From the human T2T-CHM13v2.0 reference genome, Homo sapiens, in NCBI RefSeq assembly GCF_009914755.1, contig NC_060939.1: 64,000 nt of DNA; one strand, given 5' to 3'. A program made the position numbers and the translations under genes. The notes under the pieces are model-generated. The model was not told the DNA's origin. It did not search any database and was given only the letters and a program-made list of their open reading frames with translations. This document shows positions 12,106-25,760 of the stretch, one piece after another. Position 1 is the stretch's first letter. Every line of letters starts with the position of its first letter.

Positions 12106-15100
12106 TAGGTTGATTCTATGTCTTTGCTATTGTGAATAGTGCTGTGATAAACATACAAGTGCATGTATCTTTTTGGTAGAATAATTTATTTTCCTTTGGC
12201 TATATACCCGGTAATGGGATTGCTGGGTTGAATGGTAATTCTATTTTTAGTTCTTTGAGAAATCTCCAAACTGCTTTCCACAGTGGCTGAACTAATTTAC
12301 ACTCCCACCAACAGTGTATAAACATTTTCTTTTCTCCACAGCCTCGTCAACATTTATTTTTTGACTGTTTAATAGTAGCCATCCTGTCTGGTGTGAGATG
12401 GTATCTCGTTGTGGTTTTGATTTGCATTTTTCTGATGATTAGCGGTGTTGAGCCTTTTTCCACATGTTTGTTGATCACTTGTATGTCTCCTTTTATGAGG
12501 TATCTGTTCATATCCTTTGCCCACTTTTTAATGGCATTGTTTTTTGCTTGTTGATTTAAGTTCCTTATAGGTTCTATATATTAGACCTTTGTCAGATGCA
12601 TAGTTTGTGAATATTTTCTCCCATTCTGTAGGTTGTCTGTTTACTCTGTTGACAGTTTCTTTTACTGAGCAGAAGCTCTTTGGTTTAATTAGCTCTTACT
12701 TGTCAATTTTTGGTTTTGTTGCAATTGCTTTTGAGGACGTAGTCATAAATTCTTTGCCAAGGCCAGTGTCAGAAGAGTATTTCCTAGGTCTCATCTAGGA
12801 TTTTTTAGTTTTAGGTATTTCATTAAAATATTTAATCCATCTTGAGTTAATTTTTGAATATGGTGATAGGTATGGGTCCAGCTTCAATCTTCTGCATATG
12901 GTTAACAAGTTAACCCAGTGCTGTTTATTGAATAGTGAGTCCTTTCCCTATTGCTTATTTTTGTTAACTTTGTCAAAGATCAGATGGCTGTAGGTGTGCA
13001 GCTTGATTTCTTGGTTCTCTGTTCTGTTCCATTGGACTATATGTCTGTTTTTGTACCATGCTGTTGTGATTACTATAACCTTGTAGGACAGTTTGAAGTT
13101 GGGTAATGTGTCTCCAGCTTTGTTCTTTTTGCTTAGGATTGCTTTGGCTATTCAGGCATTGTTTTGGTTCCATATGAATTTTATAATAGTTTTCTCTAAT
13201 TCTCCAAAAAATGACATTGGTAGTTTGATAATAATGGCATTGAATTTATAGATTGCTTTTGGCAGTATGGCCATTTAAACAATATTGATTATTCCAATCT
13301 ATGAGCATAAAATGTTTTTCCATTTGTTTGTGTCATCTATGATTTCTTTCAGCAGTGTCTTGCAGTTCTCCTTTTATTGATCTTTCACCTCCTTGAATAA
13401 ATGTATTCCTTGGTATTTTTTGGTATGGCTATCGTAAATGAGATTGAATTCTTGATTCAGCTCTCAGCTTGAACATTATTGGTATATAGAAATGCTACCA
13501 AGTTTTGTACATTGATTTTGTATCTTGAAACTTTACTGAAGTTACCCAGTCTAGGCAAACCAATGTTTTAAATTCAGGCAGATAGAGAGGGGAACAGGTG
13601 AACTCTGCATACCTGATCCCAGGCAGGATGCATTCTCCTGCATCTGGGAGGAGGCTGGCTGGCCAGAAAGGGGATTTAACTACATTAATTCTGTGACTTT
13701 CAGTTCACAGCCCCTCCTTGGCATGATCCCATCCCTATTCCAGCTGTCCCCAGGATGCTGGGTCTGTAATGGCAGGGAGAGAATTCCCTGGCTCTGCTCA
13801 CTCACGGGATGGGAGAATGTCCCAGCAGCTGCCTCCATACCCGAGACCAGACATGCCATATTCAGGGCATCTGACAGGAATGTGGCTGCCTGGGAGAAAC
13901 AGGCCCTGACCCAACACCCCGGGCCTGTGTGTATTGGCTGAGGTTCACAAAGACGCTGGCCTTCAGTCCGGCAGATTGAAAATATTTTTCAATGAAGCCC
14001 CAGTATTTGACTGGAGAAACAATAATATTCCTTCTCTGGATGTCAAACATCCGGATAAACAGAAGCCCTTTTTTTCCGCCTCCTCTCTTCCCCAAGTGTT
14101 ACAAAGGATGCTCTGACATAGGGTTTTGGAAGAGAATTCACCCAGCCAGGGTGAGGGCCAACCTGAGCCACAAAGAGTGCTTATTTTTTTAAAAAAGGGG
14201 GAAATATGTGGCCCATTGCAGGTTTGCTCAAATGGCCTGGTTTCTTCAGGAGCAAGAGTGCGAGACCTGCCTCTTGAGATCGGATGACTCAGAGTGGTGT
14301 GGTGGCTGCCACTGCCACTTGTGGCCTGGGGGTCCAAGCCCTATCCCCAGCAGAAGGCTGGGACGTGGGAGAGGTTATCTTACCCAGAGGTAGGGTTGTG
14401 GTGCAGCCAGAGGCAGGGTGCGTATGGGGTCAGGAGTAGAGAGGGAGGTGGAAGGCAGACATTAATTGAAGAACTCCTATTATTTGCATTGAGCTGGAAC
14501 CCAAGGATTACCAAGCCACAGAAAGTCAATCTCACCCAACAGATGGACAAATCCAGTGGATGCGGCTAAGCCCAGAGGTTAAATGAAGGCATTCCTAACA
14601 AGTCCTTTACGAAATAGAACACATTCAGGAGATCCATTGGAGAATTTCTGGGAAAGAAAGGAGAGGGGATAATGACCCCAACCCTTCTCAAGTCTCACAA
14701 GGGATCATGAAAACTTTCCCAATTTCTTGGGTTCCTTTGAGCACCATCTTAGCCCAGTTTAGCCAGTGACCCCTCAACTGGGCTTTTTTTCCCATAACTC
14801 ATTGGCTAGCTCCATATCACTGGCACATTCTGCTTCCTGACACATGGGCCCTGGAGCCCTTCCCAGAGCCAGGGCCAAAACACCTCCTTCCAATGCTTCA
14901 TCCTGGTGTCTCATCCTGAGACAGCTGAAAGCCCTTGGGGCCAGACCCACTGACCTGTCTTCCCTTTGGTGAGACATGTTGGCTTTCCCATCTTTGTGTC
15001 AAACCTTAACTCTGTAATAATCACATTCTCACAGGCAGAACTAGTATTCACTCAAGTATCCTTCCATCAAAGATGCTCAAATGGAAGACTTAAGTGCTCT

Positions 15101-15199
15101 CATGTGATGGGATAAACTTGAACCTCTTCATCAGAACTTCTTGGAAAACCTAGTACAGAGTCCTCCATGTTTATACGGACTGGATTTAGCCCAACCCCT

Positions 15200-15940
15200 G
15201 GCAATGTGTAGAAATCCTGACTCCTTTGCAGACTTCATCACTGAGCCCTGTTGATTCCACTATGAAACACCATCGCCAATCTGTCCCTTACTCTCTACCT
15301 TCATTGCCTCTGCTCTGGTTCAAGCCACCTTTATCTCTTTGCCTGAGTTATTGCCATAACCTCCTGCCTGCTTCCACTCTGGTACACATCAAATCCCTTT
15401 GCTGCACAAGCAGTTCCCCTGCTTAAACTCTTCCCTGGTCTGCCATTGCCCTGAGAATATGATGCAGGATCCTCATCCAGTGGCCCTACCATCTGTTCAT
15501 TGCTTGCAGCTCACCTCCATTCATGGTTCTCTTCCCACCAGCCCCAGCCACAATGGCTTTCTCTCTGCCTTTCTATATGCCCACCATGTTCTTGCTCTAG
15601 TACTGTTCTTACTCCAGTACTGTTACCACTGCCTGGAACAGCCTCCATCCCCAGGCTGGCTCTTTGTTACACTTTATCCTATAAGTTCAAGCTTCAGAAA
15701 GGCTTTCTCTGACCATTCAAGACAAGAAAATTCCTCACGGTATTCTCCTCTTTCCCCTGTGGCACTTACCAGACATTAAGTTGTGCATCTAACCAGGCTT
15801 TCACTTGTTCAATATCTATCTTGACTGCTGGCCCATGAGCTCTTTTACAGCAAAGATGATGTCTGCATTGTTCATCCTTTTGTGGTGTAATCCACATAAT
15901 AGATGCTCAAAAATATTTCCTGAGTTAGTAAGTAAGTAGG
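15200..15940 (+). mobile_element. L2 3' portion
   Basis: Pyrimidine-rich L2 body ending TAGATGCTCAAAAATATTT..TGAGT. Confidence 0.7.
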
Positions 15941-15945
15941 TAAAC

Positions 15946-16394
15946 TGTCTTTGTCTGTTTTGTTTTGCTATAACAGAATACTTGAGGCTGGGTAATTCAT
16001 AAAGAAAAGAGGTTTATTTGGCTCATGATTCTGGTCGCTGGAAAGTCCAAGACTGGGCAGTTGCATCTGGTGAGGGACTCACATTGCTTTGACTCATGGT
16101 GGACAGGGGACGGGGAGCCAGCATCTGCAAAGAGATCACATGATGAGAGAGAAACAGAGAAAGCAACCGAGGAAGCCAAACTCTTTGTAACAACCTGTTC
16201 TCAGGGTAACTAATCCATTCCTGTAAGACTGAGAACATGCTCACCCTCACAAGATGGCATTAATCTATTCATGAGGGATCTGCCCCGATGACACAAACAC
16301 CTCCCACCCAACCCCACCTCCCAACACTGCTACATGGGGGATCAAATTTCAACATGAGTTTTGGTGGGGGACAAACCACATCCAAACCATAGTA
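15946..16394 (-). mobile_element. MST-family (MaLR) solo LTR
   Basis: TG...TA (for CA) termini, MST motifs, 5-bp TSD TAAAC at 15941-15945 and 16395-16399. Confidence 0.88.
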
Positions 16395-16469
16395 TAAACA
16401 AAAGAGAGAGAGTAGGCTACAGTAAGGCAAAGGACACCAGGAGGCAGCTGATTTAACCAGCTGAGCTCT

Positions 16470-16665
16470 GAGCGTCCTTGATTGGCATCTGAGATCAACC
16501 ACATTCTAGCTGTGTGACATTGGGCCAATAACTTAACCTCACTAAGCCTCAGTTTCCTCATCTATAAAATAGTAATTATAAGACTTTCCTCACTAGGTGA
16601 TTTTGAAAATTAAAGGTAATGTATATTGAGAGTCAGACCCAATGCCTGGCACTAAATAGATCTCT
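16470..16665 (+). mobile_element. MIR
   Basis: GCCTCAGTTTCCTCATCTATAAAAT core. Confidence 0.8.
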
Positions 16666-17289
16666 TCATTTATGCTAAAAACACATATTGAAAGCATCCA
16701 TGGGCTGGACCTGAGCTGGGGTCTAGGGGCCACACAGGACCTGCACTCAAGGAGGATACCAGTTAGAGGCTCTGTAAATTGCAGCTATTCATAGTAATGG
16801 AACTACTAGTAGTATTAATAAACAAAATGTTAGGAAATTCTCTAGCCAGAGTGAATGAGCCAAGCCCTGTGGAAGCCCGCCTGGGAAAACCAAGGACAAG
16901 AGAAAAGGGAACACAGTGTGAAGCAAAATACAGGAGCAAGGGTGTGTTTTACTATAAATTGTCCTTTGATCTTTTTTTCATGGGTGGCTTCGATTTTCCA
17001 TTTAACCGAATTCAAGAATCCTCTGACGAAAGTTTTCATTCATAGAATGGATATTTACGTGTAGGTTGCTTTCAGCAGAAGGAGGTTCAGAGGTGACTGC
17101 AACATGCTCTCTGCCCTCAAGAAACTTATAGGGGAACAAGACACACACAAAAATCCAATCACAAGTCAAACCTAAAAGACACACAGGTGAAGGGGATGGA
17201 GATTCAGAGGTGGGAGCCACAGGCTTCATGGCATGTGGCATTTGAGTAGACTGGAGGACACACAGGAAGAGAGAGTGTGGCAATGGGAG

Positions 17290-17425
17290 AGGTTTGGGAT
17301 ATGGAATCGGACGACCTAGCTTAAAATTTACCCTTAGAAAATCCACAGTTTCTCTGAGCCTTGGTTTTCTCACCTGTAAAATGTGAATAATAGTAGTAAT
17401 AAAACTTCTCTGCATTGTTATGATT
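17290..17425 (+). mobile_element. MIR fragment
   Basis: CTCTGAGCCTTGGTTTTCTCACCTGTAAAATG. Confidence 0.7.
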
Positions 17426-17445
17426 ATTTTATGTCATCATCATCA

Positions 17446-17478
17446 TACACACACACACACACTCACACACTCACACAC
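17446..17478. repeat. (CA)n microsatellite, interrupted
   Basis: Direct reading. Confidence 0.9.
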
Positions 17479-17859
17479 TAAGATTTCCTGAGAAATGTCA
17501 GAGCCATGGGACTGAGAAACATCTCTTGAGATTCTGGTGAGCTCCCTAGCATCTCGTCCTCACTCATTTCGTCCCCTAGCAGTGGCAAGGTAGACTTTTT
17601 AGGCCTGGAGGGCATGTGCTTAGTGACGGGTGACAATGGTTGATGACAGTTGTGCCGCCTCGTGCCTGGTTCACTGCTCCACATCCTTCTACTTAATCCA
17701 TCTGAGATAGAAATAACACTTCTCAAACTCTCAAACCACTCCCATCCAGTCGGAGGACTTTCAGGAACACTTGGGTGGGTCCAGCATCTGAGCCCGGGTG
17801 GGCCATCAGCCCAGGCTGCCAGAGATGCCAGTGGGCTAAAGTGGGGCAGGGCAGACACT

Positions 17860-18258
17860 GGCCAGCTGTCCACCCAACCCATTTCCAGTTCATCCTGAGC
17901 ACACGGCTAGACTGCATTCTTGCAGCTGAGTGTGGCCAAGCAACCTAATTCTGATCAATGAAAAGTGATAGACGTGTGCTCTTCTCAGGCCTGATGGATA
18001 AAACCCTTCCACACTCCTTCTCCTTCTGGTTAACTCCTTCTGGTTAACGGTGCTCTCCAGCATGACTTTGGAGGCCAATTTAAAGTTGGCATGCCTGCCA
18101 TCAGCCAAAATCTCTGAACCACTGCATGGAGAAGGATGCCCTCACGCTCACCATGTCTGACCCCAAACTAGAACAGCCCTGCAGTGTTAAATGAGGCATG
18201 ACATAAACTTGCATTATGTTTGGGTCTGTTTGTTACAACAGCAATACTCACTAATATA
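17860..18258 (+). mobile_element. MLT1 (MaLR) LTR, old subfamily
   Basis: Ends GGGTCTGTTTGTTACAACAGC...ACTAATATA. Confidence 0.65.
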
Positions 18259-19525
18259 GAAGAGCAGGGATCCCCTGCCTGAGGAGGACCAATGCAGGAA
18301 AGGCCAAAGAGCAGTTAGAAATCAGCATCCCGAGAGAATGCAAGATGTTGTGACCAAGGTGTCTAAATATCAAACGCAAGTCTGTTGGGAGTATAAATGG
18401 AGTTGAGGGTTAGCGTCTAGGCAAGGCAAGGTCAGAAATACAAGGAGATGGGTTACAGGTGGCTGTTGAAAGCAGCGCTGTTGTGCCCAGCTTGTTCTCC
18501 TGGGTTAAGCAGATTTGAAGGTTGAGGTCAATACTCTTGTTGTTGGGCCTGTCCCACATCTCAGCTTTTACCTTCTGTACTCAATCTGTTGCCTGAAACC
18601 CTAGGGCCTGGTAACTAGGACCCCGTGACCCTCCCCTGGGCCCTGGGACAAGATTGATAGCTGATATTTTGTCTGATGGTCCAACACTGTTTTACAGATG
18701 AGGAAAAGCAGACCCAGAATAAATGAAGGGGCTAATTCATAAAGCCCAAATTGATCTTTCCACCTGGTCTTGGCCAGGGCACACTGTTTCCAGCAAAATC
18801 CTGCCTTTTTAATGCCCTGGCCAGAGCCTCCCCAAAAGGACCGCTTCTCTCCTCCCTCCCATTCTTCTGGCAAGCTAGGTTTCCAAGCCTGGCCATTAAG
18901 AATTTAAAAGAGCTGGTTTCTTCTGGTCCCAAAGAAAAACAAGCTGGCCAATTTTCTGTTAGTCCCAAGGCAGCTCCTCACTGCCCTGGAGCCAAGCAGA
19001 CACTGGCCAGTCTGTGTAGAGGGCTGAGGCTGCAGTACCCACCAGGCGGTAATGACTTCTCGGAGGGAGCTGGCTTCGGCTCAGGCCATTCCGGGTGGGG
19101 GGAGAGGAAACTGAAGACAAAACTGTGCTTCTCGTAAAGGTCTAATTCTAAAAATAAAGACAGAGTTAGCCTAGTGAGTGTCTGCAGGGATGCTTGTCTG
19201 AGTAGAGAAGTAACAGAGCCATGCCGAGGTTCTTGAGTTAGGCAACCAGACTAAGAAAAGCGTGCAAAGTAAGCCTTCTCCTGACACGATCCGCATCCCA
19301 ACAAGATCAGAGCTTTCAGCTTCTGATAAATCTGTTAGGAAGAGGAAGAGTCTGAGAAACTTAAAGCTTGTCTCAAATCTAGTAAAACAATAAAGAGGAA
19401 GTATTTGTTCTTGTATCTGGAAATTTCAGAAATGTGAGCTTCAGGCAAGGTTTGATCCAGTGAGTCAAAGATGTCACCAAGTATCCGTTTCTTTATGTCC
19501 TTCTTTCTGCTTTCCATGGAATCAC

Positions 19526-19712
19526 TGGGTTGCTAGAAAAAGGAAGAAAAAAATACAGGATGTCTATTTAAATTTCACTTTCATATAGACAATTTTTTTT
19601 AGTATGAGTATGTCCCATGCAGTATTTGGGACATAATTATACTAAAAAATTACTTGCTATTTATATGAAATTCAAGTTTCATAGAGTGTCTAGTATTTTA
19701 TCTGACAGTCTT
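19526..19712. mobile_element. MER53 palindromic hAT MITE
   Basis: GGGTTGCTAGA...AAAATACAGGA left end, TATTTTATCTGACA right end, central palindrome AGTATGTCCCA..TGGGACATA. Confidence 0.85.
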
Positions 19713-19732
19713 ATCCTAAGATGAGCACATAT

Positions 19733-19763
<31 letters not shown>

Positions 19764-19778
19764 TTCTCTCTCTCTCTC
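19733..19778. repeat. (TC)n microsatellite
   Basis: Direct reading. Confidence 0.9.
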
Positions 19779-22700
19779 ATAGTTCCTTCTGGTTGGAGAT
19801 GAGAGAAGACAGTTCTCTTTCAAAACCTCAAGCAGACACCTCCTTGTATCTTCTTGGACTGAAATGGCTATTTCTGAACAAGTGTCTATAGCTGGAGAAT
19901 AAGATAAACTGATTGGATTAAGGAAAGGAGACAGACTGAAATGGCCAAATAGAAGCCTCCACTGATCATCCTCCTTGCAGGAACACCAAATTGAACAACT
20001 ACTATCCACACAAAAACACCTTCTTAAGAACCAAAAATCAGCGTAGGTACTAGCTTGGTCACAGTGGGGTAGAGCACCAACTATGCTGTTGGGGTCCCAA
20101 ATTCCAGGCCTCAGCTCTTGGATGGCATTTCTGGACCTGCCCTGGGCCAGAGGGGAGCCCACTGCCTTGAAGGGAGAGTCCCAGGTTTGGCAGCATTCAC
20201 CACAAGCTGGCTGAAGAGCCCTTGGGCCTTGAATGAGCATTAGCAGTAACCAGGCAGTACTTGCTGAGGCCTAGGGTGGTGATGGACATGGGGAAAGGCT
20301 CCTCTGCTTGTAGAAGAAGAAGGGAAGAGTAGAAAGGACTTTGTCTTGCCTGGGTGCCAATTCAGCTGTAGTAGAAATAAAGTACCAGGTGGTTTCCTAA
20401 GGTTTCCGACTCTAGGCCCTGGCTCCTGGATGGCATCTCTGGACCCATCAGAACCAGGGGAAACTCACCACCCTGAAAAGAAGGATCCAAGTCTGGCTGG
20501 CTTTGCCACCTGCCGATTGTAAAGCCCTAGAGACTTGAGTGAACGTAGGTGGTAGCCAGGCAGTGGTTATGGCAGGCCTTGGATAAGACATAGTGCTGTG
20601 CTGGCTTCATGTCTGACCCAGTGCAGTCCTAGTGGTGGTGGTCAAAGAGATGCTTGTGTTACCCCTCCTGCAGCTCTAGGAAGCTCAACACAGAGAGACT
20701 CTGTTTGGGAGAAAATAAGGAAAAAGAACAAGAGCTCTGCCTGGTAATCTATATAATGCTTCTGGATCTTATCCATGACCACCAAGGCAGTACCTCTATG
20801 AGTCTGCAAGAGCCACAGCATTACTGGGTTTGGAGTATCCCTAATGCAGATATAGCTGCAGTGACCAAAAACTTAGATCACAGCACCCAAGCCCTTTTGA
20901 ATACTTGGAAATCCTTCCCAAGAAGGATGAGTACAAACAAGCCCAGATTGCCAGACTTTGAAGACTACAATAAATACCTAACTCTTCAATATCCAGACCT
21001 CAATGAACATCCACAAGCATCAAGACCATCCAGGAAAACATGAGCTCCCCAAACAAACTACATAAGACATCAGTGACCAATCCTGGAGAGATAGAGATAA
21101 GTGACCTTTCAGACAGAAAATTCAAAATAGCTATTTTGAGGAAAATTAAATTCAAGATAACGCAGAGGAGGAATTCAGAATCCTATCAGATAAATTTAAC
21201 AAAGAAATTGAAATAATTAAAAAGACTCAAGCAGAAATTCCGGAGCTGAAAAGTACAACTGGCAAACTGAAGAATGTATCAGAGTCTCTTAACAGCAGAA
21301 TTGATCAAGCAGAAGAAAGAATTAGTGAGCCTGAAAACAGGCTATTTGAAAATATACAATCAGAGGAGACCAGAGAAAAAAGAATGAAGCATGCCTACAA
21401 GATCTAGAAAATAGCCTCAAAGGAACAAATATAAGAGTTATTGGCCTTAAAGAGGAGGCAGAGAGGGAGATAGGGGTAGAAAGTTTATTCAAAGGGATAG
21501 TAACAGAGAACTTCCCAAACCTAGAGAAGGATATCAACATTCAAGTACAAGAAGGTTATAGAAGAACATCAAGCAGATTTAACCCAAATAAGATGACCTC
21601 AAGACATGTAATAATCAAACTCCCAAAGGTCAAGGATGAAGAAATGACCCTGAAAGCAGCAAGAGAAAAAAAACAAATAACATACAACAGAGCTCCAATG
21701 TGTCCAGCAGCAGATTTCTAGGTGGAAACTTTATAGGCTAGGAGAGAATGTCATTACATATTTAATGTGCTGAAGGGAAAAAAAAAAACCTTTTACCTTA
21801 GAGTAGTATATCCAGCTAAAATATCCTTTAAACATGAAGGAGACACACTTTTCCAGACAAACAAAAGCTGAGGGATTTCATTAACACCAGACCTGTCCTA
21901 CGAGAAATGCTAAAGGGAGTTCTTTAACCTGAAAGAAAAGGATGTTAATGAGCAGTAAGAAATCATATGAAGGTACAAAATTCACTGGTAATTGTATGTA
22001 CACTGAAAAACACAGAATATAACACTGTAATTGGTGTGGAAATCTCTCATATCTTGAGTAGAAAGCCTAAAAGGTGAAACTGATAAAAAATAATAACTAC
22101 AGTAACTTTTCAAGACATGGACAGTACAATAAGATATTAATATAAATAGAAACGACAAAAAGTTAAAAAGCAGAGGGATGAAGTTAAAGTATAGAGTTTT
22201 TATTAGTTTTCCCTTTGCTTGTTTGTGAGTTTGTCTATGCAGTCAGTGTTAACTTGTCATCTATTTAAAATAATAGATTATAAAATATTATTTGCAAGCC
22301 TAATGGTAACCTGAAATCAAAAAACATACAACAGATACACAAAAAATAAAACACAAAAATTAAAACATACCACCAGAGAAAATAACCCTTACTAAAAGGA
22401 AGACAGGAAGGAGGGAAAGAAGGAAGAAAAGACCACAAAACAACCAGAAAGCAACAAAATGCAGGAGTCAGTTCTTACTTCTTAATAATAACATTGAGTG
22501 TAAATGGAGAAACTCTCCAATCAAAAGACATAGAGTGGCTGAATGGAAACAAGAACAGGACCCAGTGACCTGTTACCTATAAAAAACACATTTCATCTAT
22601 AAAAACACACATAGACTGAAAATAAAGGGATGGAAAAAGACAGCTCATGCAAATGGAAACCAAAAGAGATCAGGGGTAGCTATATTCATATGAGACAAAA

Positions 22701-23037
22701 TAGATTTCAAGATGAAAACTATAAAAATAGACAAAGAAAGTCATTATATAATGATAAAGGGATTAATTCAGCAAGAGGATATAACAATTGTAAATATATA
22801 TGCACCCAACACTGGAGCACACAGATATTTAAAGCAAATATTAGAACTAAAGAGAGAGGCAGACGCCAATACAAAAAGAGCTGAAGACTTTAACACCTCA
22901 CTTTCAGCATTGGGCAGATCATCCAGACAGAAAATCAACAAAGAAACATTAGACTTGATCTGGACTATGGACCAAATGGACATAATGGTTATTTACAGAA
23001 CATTTCATCCAATGGCTGCAGAATACATATTATTCTT

Positions 23038-23343
23038 GTCTGGGCACAGTGGCTCAAGCCTATAATCCCACCACTTTGGGAGGCCGAGGCTGGCGGATCA
23101 CGAGGTCAGGAGATCGAGACCATCCTGGCTAACACGGTGAAACCCCGACTCTACTAAAAATACAAAAAAATTGGTTAGGCATGGTGGCGGGCACCTGTAG
23201 TCCCAGATACTCAGGAGGCTGAGGCAGGAGAATGGCGTGAACCCGGGAGGCAGAGCTTGCAGTGAGCTGAGATCACGCCACTGCACTCCAGCATGGGCGA
23301 CAGAGCAAGATTCCATCTCAAAAAAAAAAAAAAAAAAAAAAAG
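23038..23343 (+). mobile_element. AluY in L1
   Basis: AluY diagnostics, TSD ACATATTATTCT at 23025-23036 and 23344-23355. Confidence 0.94.
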
Positions 23344-23842
23344 ACATATTATTCTCCTCAGCATGTGGATCATTCTCAAGAATAGACCATATGTTAGGCC
23401 ACAAAACAAGTCTTTAAAAATTCAAAAAAATTGAAATTGTATTGAGTATCTTCTCTAACCACAAAGGAATAAAACTAGAAATCAATAACAAGAGGAAATT
23501 TGGAAACTATACAAACACATGGAAATTAAACAGTATGCTCCTGAATAACCAGTGGGCCAATAAAGAAATTAAGAAGATATTGAAAAATTTCTTGAAACAA
23601 AAGATAATGGAAACACAACATACCAAAACCTATGGGATACAGCGAAGACAGTACTAAGAGGAACATTTGTAGCTATGAGCATCTACATCAAAAAAGCAGA
23701 AAAACTTCAAATAAGCAACCTAACTATGCATCTTAAAGAACTAGAAAAATAAGAGCAAACCAAACCCAAAATTAGTAGAAAAAAAAAGAAATCATGAAGA
23801 TCAGAACAGAAATAAATGAAATTGAAATGAAGAAAACAATAA

Positions 23843-24175
<333 letters not shown>

Positions 24176-25129
24176 GAAAAGTTGGTTTTTTGAAAAGATA
24201 AACTGATTGGCTTGGTAAGAAGAAAGAGGAAAGACAATGGATGTTTGAAAGTGCCCAACATATATATACTACGGTGGACTTCCCAGTATCAGTCACAGAA
24301 TCCAAGTTCCCCAAGGTTAGATGGGGCCCTAAAGATCACTAGAGGATTAGTTCAAACTGCCATATGAATGACAATTTGAACTACAATATAGTTCAAATTT
24401 ATAATATCTATATAGTTATAGTTCAAGTTTATAACATCTCAGCCTTTATGTTCATCTCTCTACTATCAGGGATGTTCCTTCCAAAAAGCTCATTCCATCT
24501 TTGGTTGTCCCTGGCTGTTGGACATCTAGTTGAAATCTTCTTTTCTTGTATCTTCCACTCATTGGTTCCAATGCTAACAAGAGGGATCTCTCTATAGGGC
24601 AGTTTCTAAACCAACTCCAGATGAATAATCACCTACTAGGCACAAGGTCCTAGGCTATCTGCTTTAACATTGTCCACCTTATTTAATCTTCCCAACACCT
24701 TTGAATTAAGCAAGCCCCTTTTTATGGAAACACAAACTTGGGAGTTAAGCCACTCATCCCCAGAATACACAACTAGTGGCAGAGCTGGATTTGAACACAC
24801 ATCAGACTAGATCCAAAGCCAACCCTCTTACCCCTTCATCACGATGAGGAATCAACAGCTTTCAAATATCGGATGGCAGGGTCCCAGCTCCCTTCCTCTC
24901 CAGACTGAGCATTCCAGAGACTCTAGTCCCTTAAGTTTGTGCCCCAGATAGAGCATGCTGCTCAGATGTGCTCAGAAAAACAGAACGTAGCCAGGGATAA
25001 AAGAACTATGGGGATGGAGAAGAAAGCAGCCCTGAGAGCTTCACATACAAGTTACTCATCACTTGATTTCATCCACTTGTTGACATCAAGTTGAGTGCCT
25101 GTTATGTGCAGACACCATGTGAGGCAATG

Positions 25130-25312
25130 AGGATGAAGAGAGAAAGAGGGAGAGTGAACAAATGAGTGAAGAACAGAGAGAGGAAGGGAAAGAGAGAGAA
25201 AGAGAAGGGAGGGAAGGAGGGAGGAAGGAAGGAGGGAAGGAAGGAAGGAAGGAAAGAAGGAAGGAAGGAAAGAAGGAAGGAAGGGGAAGGGAAGAAAGGG
25301 AGGGAGGAAGGG
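25130..25312. repeat. GA-rich polypurine simple repeat (GGAA)n
   Basis: Direct reading. Confidence 0.9.
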
Positions 25313-25495
25313 GGCCCAGTGTGGTGGCTCATGCCTGTAATCCCGTGTAATTCCAGCAGCACTTTGGGAGGCTGAGGCGGGAGGATCGCTTGAGCCCAGG
25401 AGTCTGAAGCTGCAGTGAGCTATGATTGCACCACTGCACTCCAGCCTGGGTGACAGAGAGACCCTGTCTCTATTAGAAAAATAAAATAAAATAAC
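25312..25495 (+). mobile_element. Monomeric AluJ/FRAM-like element
   Basis: Left-arm 5' half joined to right-arm 3' half. Confidence 0.8.
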
Positions 25496-25595
25496 AATTT
25501 TAAAAAGGAAAAGAAAGAAAGGAAGAGCCTAAAGCATGAGGGAGCTCGTGGCCCAGAAAAGAAAACAGATGTAAAATCAATAATTACTGTAAAAT

Positions 25596-25760
25596 GTTAT
25601 ATATGTGTGTATTTATATCTATATATCAATATAGATATATGTTGATATATGTTTACTTATATATATCAATATAGATATATGTTGATATGTTTACTTATAT
25701 ATACATCTATATTTATATTGATGTATATATAAATACACATATGTAGAAACATATACAGAA
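25596..25760. repeat. AT-rich (TA)n-derived tract with a 38-40 bp tandem duplication
   Basis: TATATATCAATATAGATATATGTTGATAT..GTTTACTTA occurs twice. Confidence 0.8.

Larger units (their letters stand above)
19300..19916 (-). mobile_element. MLT1K/L-like LTR hosting MER53 and the L1 insertion
   Basis: GCTTCAGGCAAGGTTTGATCCAG and CTGATTGG motifs. Confidence 0.55.

Noticed and set aside
18020-18047. 14-bp tandem CTCCTTCTGGTTAA, and similar stutters at 34893-34948 and 51431-51451
   Set aside because: Ordinary slippage duplications inside old repeats.
19031-19054. CTCF-like TGCAGTACCCACCAGGCGGTAAT
   Set aside because: The 3' half of the core is poor and the upstream module spacing is off; cannot be supported without ChIP data.
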